From Acidimicrobiia bacterium (GTDB lineage Bacteria; Actinomycetota; Acidimicrobiia; Spongiisociales; ZC4RG35): a DNA stretch of 64,000 nt. The notes beneath the pieces were generated by a model. That model saw only the letters and a program-made list of their open reading frames with translations, was not told where the DNA came from and searched no databases. Of this stretch, positions 1 to 11,305 are shown piece by piece. The translations under genes and the position numbers were made by a program. The stretch spans positions 416 through 64,415 of the forward strand of contig JBEVJN010000042.1 of assembly GCA_040510135.1 (NCBI GenBank). The letters run 5' to 3'. Within the stretch, counting starts at the first letter, position 1. Each line of letters starts with the position of its first letter.

Positions 1-882
1 AGCCAGCAACTCGATTGCGACGGCGTCGAGTGTGTCGTGCTCCGAGATGGTCACCTCACCGACGTCCAGCGTGTCCATCACTCCCTCGGCGACGAGTGCC
101 CCCCCGAGGATCACTGGAGCACGCCGTGGATCGAGGGCAGGGATGGCTGCCGTCTCCTCCAGGGTCATCGAAGACAGCGAATCGACCAGCTCGACCAGCG
201 TGCCACGGCTCATCCCGTAACCGTGCACCCGCTCGCGCGAGTACTCGGGAAGCTCCTGGGCGATTGCCGCCAGACTGGTCCACGTCCCGGCGACCCCGAT
301 CAAGGTGCCTGTCTCCAAGTCGACGTCGGCGAAGAGACCCGCGAGGAGCTCACGCGCCGCGCTCATCTCGTTCGGCGACGCGGGGCGGCCGGTGATCGCT
401 CGCTCGGTGAGGCGAACCGACCCGATATCGAAAGACACCTCGCCTCCTGAACTCACGAACTCCGTGCTGCCTCCGCCGATGTCCGAGACCACGATCGGTT
501 CAGTGGCGTCGATCTGACGAGTGGCGCCGGCAAAGGCAAGACGGGCTTCCTCCTCCCCGGTGATCAGGCTCGGGCGCACTCCGAGGGCGGTCTCGACGAG
601 GTCGAAGAAATCCTCGCGATTCGCCGCGTCCCGCGAAGCCGATGTGGCGATCGCCGCCCGCTTGTCCACTTCCGCCCGATCCATGTCCGCCCGGAAACGG
701 GCCAGGGCGGCCAGCGACTCCTCAATTGCGTCTGGGGAGAGATTCCCGGTTCGATCGACGCCGCGGCCGAGCCCGGTCACCTCGACCTTGCGATCGATAT
801 CCACCGAACCGTCCGTCATCAGCAACCGCATCGAGTTGGTCCCGATGTCCACCACTCCCACCCTCACGGGCGGGCGATCCAT
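1..882 (-). CDS. ppx: Ppx/GppA-family exopolyphosphatase; the C-terminus runs off the window start
   Basis: My own translation from ATG 882-880 gives MDRPPVRVGVVDIGTNSMRLLM...VSDIGGGSTEF..., the ASKHA phosphate-binding motifs of Ppx/GppA. The frame stays open to position 1, so it is absent from the ORF track (no stop in the window). Conserved context eno-ftsB-DUF501-ppx. Confidence 0.8.
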   Translation of the reverse strand, partial: MDRPPVRVGVVDIGTNSMRLLMTDGSVDIDRKVEVTGLGRGVDRTGNLSPDAIEESLAALARFRADMDRAEVDKRAAIATSASRDAANREDFFDLVETALGVRPSLITGEEEARLAFAGATRQIDATEPIVVSDIGGGSTEFVSSGGEVSFDIGSVRLTERAITGRPASPNEMSAARELLAGLFADVDLETGTLIGVAGTWTSLAAIAQELPEYSRERVHGYGMSRGTLVELVDSLSSMTLEETAAIPALDPRRAPVILGGALVAEGVMDTLDVGEVTISEHDTLDAVAIELLA

Positions 883-1378
883 TCCGGGTTCATCTCCCCG
901 TTCAGCACACAGGGCACCGTGCAATCGAGGGGCTCGATCCAATCCTGGACCAGTTCTCCCACAGGGTTGTCACCACCGCCCCGCGTGTGTGCGTAGTGGG
1001 CGTGGAGACACTTGATGCCGGTCCGGGTGCCACCAACGCCTCCAGTGGGCAGGTTCGGGGGGTCCGGAGGGAGCAACGTGCGTCGCTCTGCCTCGTATGA
1101 CTCGTGCGCCTCGGTGAGCCTGGTCCCGAAAACCGGATCCACCTCGGCTTTGCGTTCGAGGCGCTTGATCCCGCCGGCCCCTTCCAGCCGCGCCACGCGG
1201 CCGACCGCAAGTGGGCAGCTCAGCCAGTAGAGGGTGGGGAAAGGGGTCCCATCGTCGAGGATGGGAGGGACCCGAACGACGACGGGCAGCCCGAGATGAC
1301 AACGCGACACCGGGGTGGATTCCGCCCGCATCGGACGCCCGATCTGGATCTCGACGACCTGACGGTCATCGGAGGGGG

Positions 1379-1382
<4 letters not shown>
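864..1382 (-). CDS. DUF501-domain protein
   Basis: 172-aa ORF. It holds the conserved actinobacterial position between ftsB and ppx, has the Cys/His-rich motif CLHAHYAH, and shares an ATGA overlap with ftsB. Confidence 0.75.
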
Positions 1383-3108
<1,726 letters not shown>

Positions 3109-3132
3109 TACAGCGCGAAACGGAGAACGCCG

Positions 3133-4536
3133 TCACTTCGATTGCTCCCAGCGGAGGTTCATGTCCTCGATCGACAGCCCCGCGATCGGACCCATGCCCT
3201 CCATTGCCCGAAATCGGGTCTCGAATCGATCGACGGCCCCACGCAGGGCGAGCTCGCCGTCGATGCCGAGGTGACGGGCCAGATTGATCACCGAGAACAG
3301 GACATCGCCCAGCTCTGACTGGGCCTCGGCTGGATCGGAGAGGACCGCCTCGAGCTCGTCGAGTTCCTCCCTGACCTTGGGCAGGACCTCGGACGCTTGT
3401 GACCAATCGAAACCCACCTTCGCCGCACGATTCTGGATCTTGGAGGCCAGATGGATGGCAGGCAAGGCGCTGGGAATCCCGTCCATTTGTGACTCCCGCC
3501 CAGAGCCCCTCTCTTCGTCCTTGATCTGATCCCAGTTTCGCTTCACATCGGCGGCTGAATCGACATCGACCTCCCCGAAGACATGCGGATGCCGACGCAC
3601 CAGCTTCTGTCTCATGACCTCTGCCACGTCGTCGATGTCGAAGGCCCCCTTCTCCCTGGCGATGGCGGCATGGAAGAGAACCGAGAGCAGGACATCTCCC
3701 AGCTCGTCCTCGACCGCTGCGTAGGCAACCAAATCAGTCTCGTCGCCATCGAGCTTGCCCACCGCGTCGATCAGCTCGTAGGTCTCCTCGACCAGATACT
3801 TGACCAGGGTTTGATGCGTCTGCTCCCGATCCCAGGGACACTCCTCGCGCAGGGTCGTCATCGTCCGAACTGCGCCGATGAGACCTCCTGGAACCGTGTC
3901 GATGAACAGCGACGTCCGATACCCGGCCAGCGCGGGGTCCACATGGTGGGGAGACGCCTCGACCCGCACCGCGTCGGCGGCACCCAGGCCCGCCAGGACC
4001 AGGATCGTCGCATCCTCGGGGATCACCCGCCCAATGTGAGCCGCGACGTCAGCCAGGACCTCCGGCCGGTCGAGTTGGGCGACAATGGTCGGCTTGTCCA
4101 ACGCGAGCGGGTCGGGCAAGTCGTGACCGTTGAGGATCTGCAAGCCCCGGTCCAAGGGGTCGTAGCCCACCTCGTCGAGGATTGCATCGATGAAGGACTC
4201 TGCCGGGATCAGCTCTATCTCGGCACCGGACTTCAGCAACATCCTCACCGCGAATTCGCCAACCAGCGGGCTGCCGGGGACCGCATAGACAACCGGCCCA
4301 TTCGATGCCGTCTCCAGGACGCGATCGGCGATCGCCCGATAGACGTTTTCGAACGAGCTGCCTACCTCGTACAGGTCATCGCAGGTGACAACGTCTCTTG
4401 AGGCGGCCAGCTGCTCGGCGGCGGGATGTTCTTGGGTGCGGACGATCACCACCCGGCCGGGATCGAGCAAGATCGAGCGGACAGCTGTCGGAATCCGGTC
4501 GAGATCGCCGGGACCCAGGCCGGTAACCGTGATCAC
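3133..4536 (-). CDS. mazG: YabN/MazG-type NTP pyrophosphohydrolase with an N-terminal tetrapyrrole-methylase-like domain
   Basis: The N-terminus VITVTGLGPGD... is methylase-like. The C-terminus has tandem MazG repeats (ETYELIDA...ELGDVLL; EELDEL...ELGDVLFSV). Start trimmed to GTG 4536, a GTGA overlap with the upstream stop. Confidence 0.85.
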   Translation of the reverse strand: MITVTGLGPGDLDRIPTAVRSILLDPGRVVIVRTQEHPAAEQLAASRDVVTCDDLYEVGSSFENVYRAIADRVLETASNGPVVYAVPGSPLVGEFAVRMLLKSGAEIELIPAESFIDAILDEVGYDPLDRGLQILNGHDLPDPLALDKPTIVAQLDRPEVLADVAAHIGRVIPEDATILVLAGLGAADAVRVEASPHHVDPALAGYRTSLFIDTVPGGLIGAVRTMTTLREECPWDREQTHQTLVKYLVEETYELIDAVGKLDGDETDLVAYAAVEDELGDVLLSVLFHAAIAREKGAFDIDDVAEVMRQKLVRRHPHVFGEVDVDSAADVKRNWDQIKDEERGSGRESQMDGIPSALPAIHLASKIQNRAAKVGFDWSQASEVLPKVREELDELEAVLSDPAEAQSELGDVLFSVINLARHLGIDGELALRGAVDRFETRFRAMEGMGPIAGLSIEDMNLRWEQSK

Positions 4537-5408
4537 TCGGCCGGTGGGACCACCTGTGGTTGAGGGGTCGCCTGCCAGGTGCCGTATGTCTCGTCGATTG
4601 TCACCTCGGCGGTCTCGAACTGCTCGGTGAACCAAGTGTTGGCCGCCTCGTTAGCTGCGGTGGCGGTAAGGGTGTCGATAGCCTCCTCCTCGTCGTCCCG
4701 GACCAGGATGACGTGGAATCCGAATTCGCTCTCGACCGGATCGGTGGGAACGTCCACCTCCGCGGTGGTAAGTGCTTCTGCGAAAGCGGGGTCATACACA
4801 TCGGGGGCAGAGCAACCAAGGTCGCCGCCTTGGGCGCCGCTGGTGGTGTCGGTCGACAACTCGGTAGCGAGCGTGGCGAAATCCTCACCGGCCTCTATGC
4901 GAGCAAGGACATCATTGGCCTCTTGCTCGGTCGCAACCACGATGTGCGAGGAGCAGTACAGGGCATCTACCTCTTCCGCCGTGGGCTGTTCGACACCTTC
5001 CTGCATGCTCTCGCCGATCTCGGCGACCAAGAGCTGGCTGTGGGCGAACTGCTGCAACAGCTCCTCCGTGATGCCTTGCGCCTCGAGGAACTCGTCGCGG
5101 GTCTGACCGTTGGCCGACTCCTCGAACAGTGCCGTCGCCTCGGCGGTGATCTCGTCCTCTGGTATCACGATGCCGAGGTCGGCCTCGGCGGCTTCGGACA
5201 CGATCTGCTGCTGGACGAGGAAGCCGAGGGCCCCGGCGAAGTCTGCCTTCGGGATCTCTTCCCCATCGCCGGTGATCAAGGCTTCGACTTGATCCACGGT
5301 GATGTCCTCGCCGTTGACTGTTGCGGCAACACCACCACCGCTGCCGCCACTGCCGCACGCGGCAAGGGCGAGGGCGGCAATGACCAAGAGAATTGCATGT
5401 TTCTTCAA
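4533..5408 (-). CDS. PpiC/parvulin-type peptidyl-prolyl isomerase lipoprotein (PrsA/SurA-like)
   Basis: Lipoprotein signal MKKHAILLVIAALALAAC and parvulin domain SHIVV...GGDLG...EFGFHVILV. Confidence 0.8.
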   Translation of the reverse strand: MKKHAILLVIAALALAACGSGGSGGGVAATVNGEDITVDQVEALITGDGEEIPKADFAGALGFLVQQQIVSEAAEADLGIVIPEDEITAEATALFEESANGQTRDEFLEAQGITEELLQQFAHSQLLVAEIGESMQEGVEQPTAEEVDALYCSSHIVVATEQEANDVLARIEAGEDFATLATELSTDTTSGAQGGDLGCSAPDVYDPAFAEALTTAEVDVPTDPVESEFGFHVILVRDDEEEAIDTLTATAANEAANTWFTEQFETAEVTIDETYGTWQATPQPQVVPPAE

Positions 5409-5475
5409 GACGGATTCCTTCGAAAGAGGGGAGATCAGAAGGGTACTCGGTGCCGCGTGGTAGGCGGATCCACCC

Positions 5476-8400
5476 TTATGACTCCTCCTCCCACATCTGA
5501 CGAAGGAACGTGATCAGACCGGGGACCAGATCGCGGGGCGCGGGAATGAAGATCACGCCCTCCTGTGCGTTCAGGACCGAGCGCGGCTGGAGTCGCTTCA
5601 GCCTCACCTCCTGTGAGCTCCTCAGGTCAACGGGGCCCATCCTGATCTCATGACGCAGCTGGACCAACTCCTCCAGACCGACCCGCAATGCCTCCACCCG
5701 GAGCCGGGCCAAGGAGATCAGAGCCTCCGCCTCTGTCGGCAGGGGGCCGTACCGATCGACCCATTCGGCCGCTACATCATCGACCTGGTCGTTGGTCGTG
5801 GTCGTCGCAAGGCGGCGGTAGGCCTCGAGTCTCAGTTCCTGATCCGCGACATAGGCATCGGGCAAATGGGCGTCCACGGGCAGATCGATGCGGACCTCGC
5901 GCTGTGCCGACGTCACCGGTTCCCGCCCCTCCAACTCCGACACCGCCTCGGCCACCAGCTCGGCGTACAAATCGAAGCCAACCGCAGCAATGTGGCCGCT
6001 CTGGACCTCTCCCAGGATCGAGCCTGCCCCCCTGATCTCGAGATCGCGCAGGGCGAGCTGGAAGCCGGATCCGAGATCGGTGGCTTCCCCGATCGCCTCC
6101 AGCCGCCGGTGGGCGTCCTCTGTCAGCGACTGGTCGGCGGGATGGAACAAATAGGCATAGGCGCGCTGATCCGACCGTCCCACCCGACCGCGGAGCTGAT
6201 AGAGCTGGGCGAGACCCAGGAGATCGGCGCGCTCGACGATGAGGGTGTTCACCTTGGGTAAGTCGAGACCGGACTCGATGATCGTCGTCGCGACCATCAC
6301 GTCGTATTCGCCGCTCCAGAAGTCGATCATCACCTGCTCGAGCTGGCCCTCGGACATCTGTCCGTGGGCAACTACGTAGGTTGCGTCGGGCACCAGTTCT
6401 TGAAGCCGCGCCACGGCTCGGTCGATCGACTGGACCCTGTTGTGGACGTAGAAGACCTGGCCTTCACGAAGTATCTCCCTTCGGATCGCAGCCGAGACCG
6501 ATTGCTCGTCGTAAGGCCCGACGTAGGTCAAGATCGGATGACGGTCCTCGGGAGGGGTCCTGATGTGGGAGACGTCGCGTATGCCGGTTAGCGCCATCTC
6601 CAGCGTCCTCGGGATCGGGGTCGCCGTGAGGGTGAGGACGTCCACGCCCACCTTGAGCCTCTTGATGGCGTCCTTTGCGGAAACTCCGAAACGCTGTTCC
6701 TCGTCGACGACGAGAAGCCCGAGGTCCTTGAAGTGGATGTCATCGGACAGCAATCGGTGGGTGCCGATCACGACGTCGACCTCGCCTGTGCCGAGACCGG
6801 CGACGACGGCCCTCTGCTGTTTGGGCGTGAGAAAGCGAGACAGGGCCTCGACCGTGACCGGATAGGTCTGGAATCGCTCGCCGAATGTCTGGTGGTGCTG
6901 TTGAGCCAGGAGTGTGGTGGGAGCGAGCACTGCGACCTGCTTTCCCGACTGGACCGCTTTGAACGCGGCTCTGATCGCCACCTCGGTCTTGCCATAGCCG
7001 ACATCACCGAAGACCAGGCGATCCATCGGTTGCCCGGCCTCCATGTCCCGCTTCACGTCGACGATGGCTTGCATCTGGTCGTGGGTCTCTTCGTAGGGGA
7101 AAGAGCCCTCCATCTCCCGCTGCCAGGGTGTGTCGGGCTCATAGGTGTGGCCGGCGGCGGCGGCCCTCTCGCGATGGAGCTCGACGACCTGCTGGGCGAC
7201 CGCGGCCACCGCCTTGCGAACCTTGGACTTCTGGTCGGTCCAGTCCTTCCCCCCCATCCGGGAGACACGGGGGACCTCGCCCCCGGTGTAACGGCGGACC
7301 GCGGCAAGCTGGTCGACGGGCACATAGAGCCGGTCCCCCGCGGCGTAGGCAATGACCAGATAATCACGCTCGATTCCGGCCATCGAACGCGACACCAAGC
7401 CTTCGAACCGGCCGATGCCATGCTGATGATGGACGACAAAGTCGCCCTCCGTGAGGTCCCGATACTGTTGGCCCACTTCGGCTCGGGCCCGGCCAGACCG
7501 GCGATGGGCGCGGCGGCGCCCGGCGATCTCCTGCTCGCCGAGGACGGCCACCCCGATCGACGGCACGACGAAGCCCTTGTGTATGCCGAGCGGAATCACC
7601 GCCGACCTCGTTGTCTCGAGGCGAGGGAGGCGGTCCAGCATGAGGCCCTGCTCCGCCAGCGCCGCAGCGACGCGGTCGGCTGCCGCTTCGCCGTCCATGG
7701 CGATCACGGTGTCGACCCTCCGGCCCAACAGCCTCCCCACCCCGGCGGCGACGGACTCCGGGCTCCCGGGGATGGCATCGAAGGCGCTGATCTCGAGCAC
7801 CCGATCGTCGGGGCCGGTGGGGCTCGACGGCATTCGCAGATGGCGCCGGCCGGTGAGACTGTCCTCGAGATCGAGAAACAGCGCTGGGTGCTCACCTGCG
7901 ATCGGCGCCTGGTCCCCCCAGGTCGGGGCCAGCGCCGCCGCGAGCTCAGACTCCTCCTTGACCAACTCGCGAGCGCGGTCAAGGGCGCGGCTTGGCTCGA
8001 CCAGGACCAGGCCGGCGCCGTCGGGCATGGCGTCGATCATCGACACGGGCTCGGCGAGCCAGGGAAGCCAGGACTCGATTCCGGGGAAAAGCTGTCCCTC
8101 AACGATCCGGTCCCACGTGAAGGCGCTCCATAGCTCACTCCGAACCAGTTGAGCGGCCCGATCGCGAATCAGCGGGTCCGGTCGAACCTCACGGGCCGGA
8201 AATGCGATCAGGCGGGGCACGACGTCCTCGGAGCGTTGCGTGGCCACCGAGAAGGCCCGTGTCTCCTCGAGCTGATCACCCCAGAAGTCAAGCCGCACCG
8301 GATTGTCCGCCTGGGCCGGGAACACGTCGACGATCCCGCCCCTCACCGCAAACTCGCCACGCGCCTCGACCCGGTCGGTTCGGGCATAGCCGAGGTCGGC

Positions 8401-8835
8401 GAGTGAACGGGAAAGGGCGTCCATGCTCACCTCGTCTCCCGGCGACAGGATCAGAGGTCCGTGAGGTGACGGGCTCAGCCGCTGGATCGCCCCGCGGACA
8501 CTGGTCACGACCACTGTCGGGCCACCCTGATCCAAGGCGTGTCTCGCCTCCGCGCGACGCGCCATCGTGCCGATGTTCGGCGAGACGTGCTCGAAAGGCA
8601 GGGTCTCCCACGCCGGGGCGAGAAGCACAGCGTCCACGAACAAAGAGATGTCGTCGACCAGTTCCTCGGCGTCTCGCTCTCCGGGCACGACGACGAGGAG
8701 TGATGACTCGATCTGGTCGGCGAGCCCTGCAATGGCGAAGGCGCGCCCGGCCGGTGCCACGGACCAGGTGCCGTGGAGATCGGGAAGAGGGGCGGACCGC
8801 CAACCTGACAGGAGTGGCTCGAGGGGGGCAACCAT
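5476..8835 (-). CDS. mfd: Transcription-repair coupling factor
   Basis: 1119 aa with a CarD-like region (GDFVVHHQHGIGRF), superfamily-2 helicase motifs (GDVGYGKTEV, DEEQRFG) and a TRCF C-terminus. Confidence 0.95.
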   Translation of the reverse strand: MVAPLEPLLSGWRSAPLPDLHGTWSVAPAGRAFAIAGLADQIESSLLVVVPGERDAEELVDDISLFVDAVLLAPAWETLPFEHVSPNIGTMARRAEARHALDQGGPTVVVTSVRGAIQRLSPSPHGPLILSPGDEVSMDALSRSLADLGYARTDRVEARGEFAVRGGIVDVFPAQADNPVRLDFWGDQLEETRAFSVATQRSEDVVPRLIAFPAREVRPDPLIRDRAAQLVRSELWSAFTWDRIVEGQLFPGIESWLPWLAEPVSMIDAMPDGAGLVLVEPSRALDRARELVKEESELAAALAPTWGDQAPIAGEHPALFLDLEDSLTGRRHLRMPSSPTGPDDRVLEISAFDAIPGSPESVAAGVGRLLGRRVDTVIAMDGEAAADRVAAALAEQGLMLDRLPRLETTRSAVIPLGIHKGFVVPSIGVAVLGEQEIAGRRRAHRRSGRARAEVGQQYRDLTEGDFVVHHQHGIGRFEGLVSRSMAGIERDYLVIAYAAGDRLYVPVDQLAAVRRYTGGEVPRVSRMGGKDWTDQKSKVRKAVAAVAQQVVELHRERAAAAGHTYEPDTPWQREMEGSFPYEETHDQMQAIVDVKRDMEAGQPMDRLVFGDVGYGKTEVAIRAAFKAVQSGKQVAVLAPTTLLAQQHHQTFGERFQTYPVTVEALSRFLTPKQQRAVVAGLGTGEVDVVIGTHRLLSDDIHFKDLGLLVVDEEQRFGVSAKDAIKRLKVGVDVLTLTATPIPRTLEMALTGIRDVSHIRTPPEDRHPILTYVGPYDEQSVSAAIRREILREGQVFYVHNRVQSIDRAVARLQELVPDATYVVAHGQMSEGQLEQVMIDFWSGEYDVMVATTIIESGLDLPKVNTLIVERADLLGLAQLYQLRGRVGRSDQRAYAYLFHPADQSLTEDAHRRLEAIGEATDLGSGFQLALRDLEIRGAGSILGEVQSGHIAAVGFDLYAELVAEAVSELEGREPVTSAQREVRIDLPVDAHLPDAYVADQELRLEAYRRLATTTTNDQVDDVAAEWVDRYGPLPTEAEALISLARLRVEALRVGLEELVQLRHEIRMGPVDLRSSQEVRLKRLQPRSVLNAQEGVIFIPAPRDLVPGLITFLRQMWEEES

Positions 8836-8859
8836 CGGGGAGCCGATGGTACCTGTGGT

Positions 8860-9831
8860 TCAGACCAGCAGGCCTTGCTGGCGAAACCAGTCCACGGTGC
8901 GACCGATGGTGATCTCCAGAGGGGTGTAATCGAGCCCCAGCTCGCGGGTTGCCCGGCTCCCGTCGTAGGTGTGACCGGCTCGCAGCACCTTGACCATCTC
9001 ACGGCACAGCGGGGGACGTCGCCCTGTGATCCGTCCGCCAAGCTCGAGCGTGGACGCTCCTCCGGACGCGACCCAGCCGGGCAGGAATCTCGGAACCAGG
9101 TCCCGGCCGGTGATCGCGTTGAACCTGTCGACCAGGTCGGAGATCGAGGAGCTGGAGCCGTTGAGGATGTAGCGCTGCCCGGCGATTCCACGTTCGGCGG
9201 CGAGAACGTGACCGCGGGCGCAGTCGTCGATATCGACGATCGACACCGTGGTCTCCACCAGGAAGGCGAGCCTCCCATTCAATATGTCGAGGATGAGCTT
9301 CCCCGTTCCGGTCGCCCGTCCCGGTCCCTGGACCGACGACGGGTTCACCGCCACCACGTCGAGATCCCCCGCATGGTCGAACAGGAGCCGTTCGGAGAGA
9401 TGTTTTGACCGCTCGTATCTGGACAGATAGCTCCCCCGATGAGGAGTGTCTTCGGATCCGATGGTCCGGTGCGCCTCACCGATGGCAGCGGCAGAGGACG
9501 TGTGGATCATCCTCCTCACCCCCGCAGAGCGGCATGCCTCCATCACGTTACGAGTGCCCACGATGTTGACCAGATCCATTCGATCCGGGTCCGGTGAGCA
9601 CAGCTCATTGATCCCGGCGACATGAAACACCCAGTCCTTACCGGCGACCAGCGCCTGGAGACCGGGAGCGTCGAGCACGTCACCCTCGACAGGCGTTGCC
9701 CCGCGATCTCTCAGATCCGCAGCGGACGCCGGAGTTCGGGTGAGAGCGTCGACCTGGTGACCTTCCTCGACGAGCCGACGGATGAGGGCGCGCCCAACGA
9801 CACCGCTGCCACCGGTGACCCCGACCCTCAC
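8860..9831 (-). CDS. NAD-dependent epimerase/dehydratase family protein
   Basis: Rossmann motif VGVTGGSGVVG near the trimmed GTG start at 9831 (GTGA overlap with the pgsA stop). The longer 388-aa ORF version overlaps pgsA. Confidence 0.8.
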   Translation of the reverse strand: MRVGVTGGSGVVGRALIRRLVEEGHQVDALTRTPASAADLRDRGATPVEGDVLDAPGLQALVAGKDWVFHVAGINELCSPDPDRMDLVNIVGTRNVMEACRSAGVRRMIHTSSAAAIGEAHRTIGSEDTPHRGSYLSRYERSKHLSERLLFDHAGDLDVVAVNPSSVQGPGRATGTGKLILDILNGRLAFLVETTVSIVDIDDCARGHVLAAERGIAGQRYILNGSSSSISDLVDRFNAITGRDLVPRFLPGWVASGGASTLELGGRITGRRPPLCREMVKVLRAGHTYDGSRATRELGLDYTPLEITIGRTVDWFRQQGLLV

Positions 9832-10385
9832 GTGCGGGTCGGAGTCGGCTCCGAGCGAACCGTGTGCCAGAAGGCGGAGATGTAGCCCCATGCTGAGCCC
9901 ACCGTGGCAATGACTGCGATGAGCATCATCCACTGATCGAGGTACCACGGCCCCCATCGATCTGCGAGCCGGAAATAGGCGAGGAAGATGGCGAGGAACT
10001 GGGTGCCGAATTTGATCTTCCCCCACGTCGACGGTCGGATGAGACCTCCCTGCGTTGCCACAACTCCTCGCAGCGCCATGACCAGGAACTCGCGGAAGAT
10101 GATGATCGAGGCCGGCCAGATGGAGACCCGATCGATCGAAACCAGGGCGAGAAGGGTTCCCGTGATCAGGATCTTGTCAGCTGTGGTGTCGAGAAAGGCG
10201 CCGAGCATCGTGCCCCCGCTGGTCTTGCGGGCCAGGTAACCGTCGAGGAAATCGGTGAAGGCAGCAACGGCGAAGAGAGTGGCCGCAATCACGAGAGCGT
10301 TGTCGATTCGATCGGAACGGGTGAACGCCATGATGAACGGCACCAGAAGGATCCGGGATAGCGCCAGGATGTCAGGCGTTGAGAT
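9828..10385 (-). CDS. pgsA: CDP-alcohol phosphatidyltransferase (PgsA-like); the start is probably non-canonical
   Basis: CDP-alcohol motif DFLDGYLARK...GAFLDTTADK. The conserved N-terminal helix TPDILALSRILLVP lies upstream of the first GTG (10343). The only SD-preceded codon is ATC 10385-10383 (AGGAGG followed by 6 nt). Confidence 0.75.
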   Translation of the reverse strand: MSTPDILALSRILLVPFIMAFTRSDRIDNALVIAATLFAVAAFTDFLDGYLARKTSGGTMLGAFLDTTADKILITGTLLALVSIDRVSIWPASIIIFREFLVMALRGVVATQGGLIRPSTWGKIKFGTQFLAIFLAYFRLADRWGPWYLDQWMMLIAVIATVGSAWGYISAFWHTVRSEPTPTRT

Positions 10386-10400
10386 CGGGGTCCTCCTCGA

Positions 10401-11303
10401 CTACCGATCCGATCTTATCGGTGACGCCGGTTCAGAGAAGAAGGACATCAATGCGACGCCGGTCTCCTCCGGAGCCTCTTCGGGGAGATAGTGCCCGCAG
10501 GGAAGAGCTGACCCGCGAATGTCGTCTGCCCACTCCCCCCAGACTTCGAGTATGTCGTACCAGGCGTCGATTGGACCCCTATCCGACCAGAGCACGAGAA
10601 GCGGGCACTGGATCTTGCGACCCTCGGCCTTGTCGGCCATGTCATGGTCGAAGTCGATCGTCGCCCCGGCCCGATAGTCCTCACAGATGCCACGAATCGT
10701 GTCCGGGTCGGCAAAGCAACGCAGATAGTCCTCCAGCGCCGCCTCGTCGAAGAACCTGGTGTCCGGGCCTCTCGTGGTGTGCCATCGCCAGAACCACTCA
10801 GGGTCGGCGCCGATCAGCGTCTCGGGCAATGGCGCCGGCTGGGCCAAGAAGAACCAGTGATAGTGGCTCAAGCCGAATTCACGGCCGCCTCGGGCGAACA
10901 TCTCCCCGGTCGGGATGATGTCGAGGACTGCCAGCTTTTCGACCGACTCGGGATGATCCAGGGCCAGCCGATAGCCCACCCGTGCCCCCCGGTCGTGCCC
11001 GGCGACGGAGAACCTGAGGTGTCCCAACGCCCTCATCAGAGCGATTTGGTCGAGCGCCATGGTGCGCTTCGAATAGGCGGTGTGGTCCGGCGTCGAAGCG
11101 GGCTTGGATGTCTTGCCGTAGCCACGCAGGTCGGGGGCTACGACGGTGAACTGCTCCGCAAGAGCAGGGGCGACGCGGTGCCACATCACATGGGTCTGCG
11201 GATTGCCGTGCAGCAAGAGCAGCGGTGGGCCTTCGCCACCAACCCGGACACGCACCCGGATCTCACCCAGGTCGAGCATCTCCAGTCGGAATCCATCGAA
11301 CAT
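10401..11303 (-). CDS. Alpha/beta hydrolase, haloacetate dehalogenase/epoxide hydrolase-like
   Basis: LLLLHGNPQTHVMW, nucleophile elbow VAGHDRGARV and a C-terminal GHYLPEE. Start trimmed to ATG 11303, 2 nt after the glpK stop. Confidence 0.75.
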   Translation of the reverse strand: MFDGFRLEMLDLGEIRVRVRVGGEGPPLLLLHGNPQTHVMWHRVAPALAEQFTVVAPDLRGYGKTSKPASTPDHTAYSKRTMALDQIALMRALGHLRFSVAGHDRGARVGYRLALDHPESVEKLAVLDIIPTGEMFARGGREFGLSHYHWFFLAQPAPLPETLIGADPEWFWRWHTTRGPDTRFFDEAALEDYLRCFADPDTIRGICEDYRAGATIDFDHDMADKAEGRKIQCPLLVLWSDRGPIDAWYDILEVWGEWADDIRGSALPCGHYLPEEAPEETGVALMSFFSEPASPIRSDR

Positions 11304-11305
11304 GC

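Noticed and set aside
6733-8133. 466-aa plus-strand ORF inside mfd, with similar long antisense ORFs at 34970-36226, 47052-48488, 48975-50609, 61934-63589 and 3583-4401
   Set aside because: All lie opposite strongly supported genes (mfd, metG, paaA, ABC-F, atpA, mazG). They have low-complexity Arg/Gly/Asp/His-rich translations and lack start-site signals.
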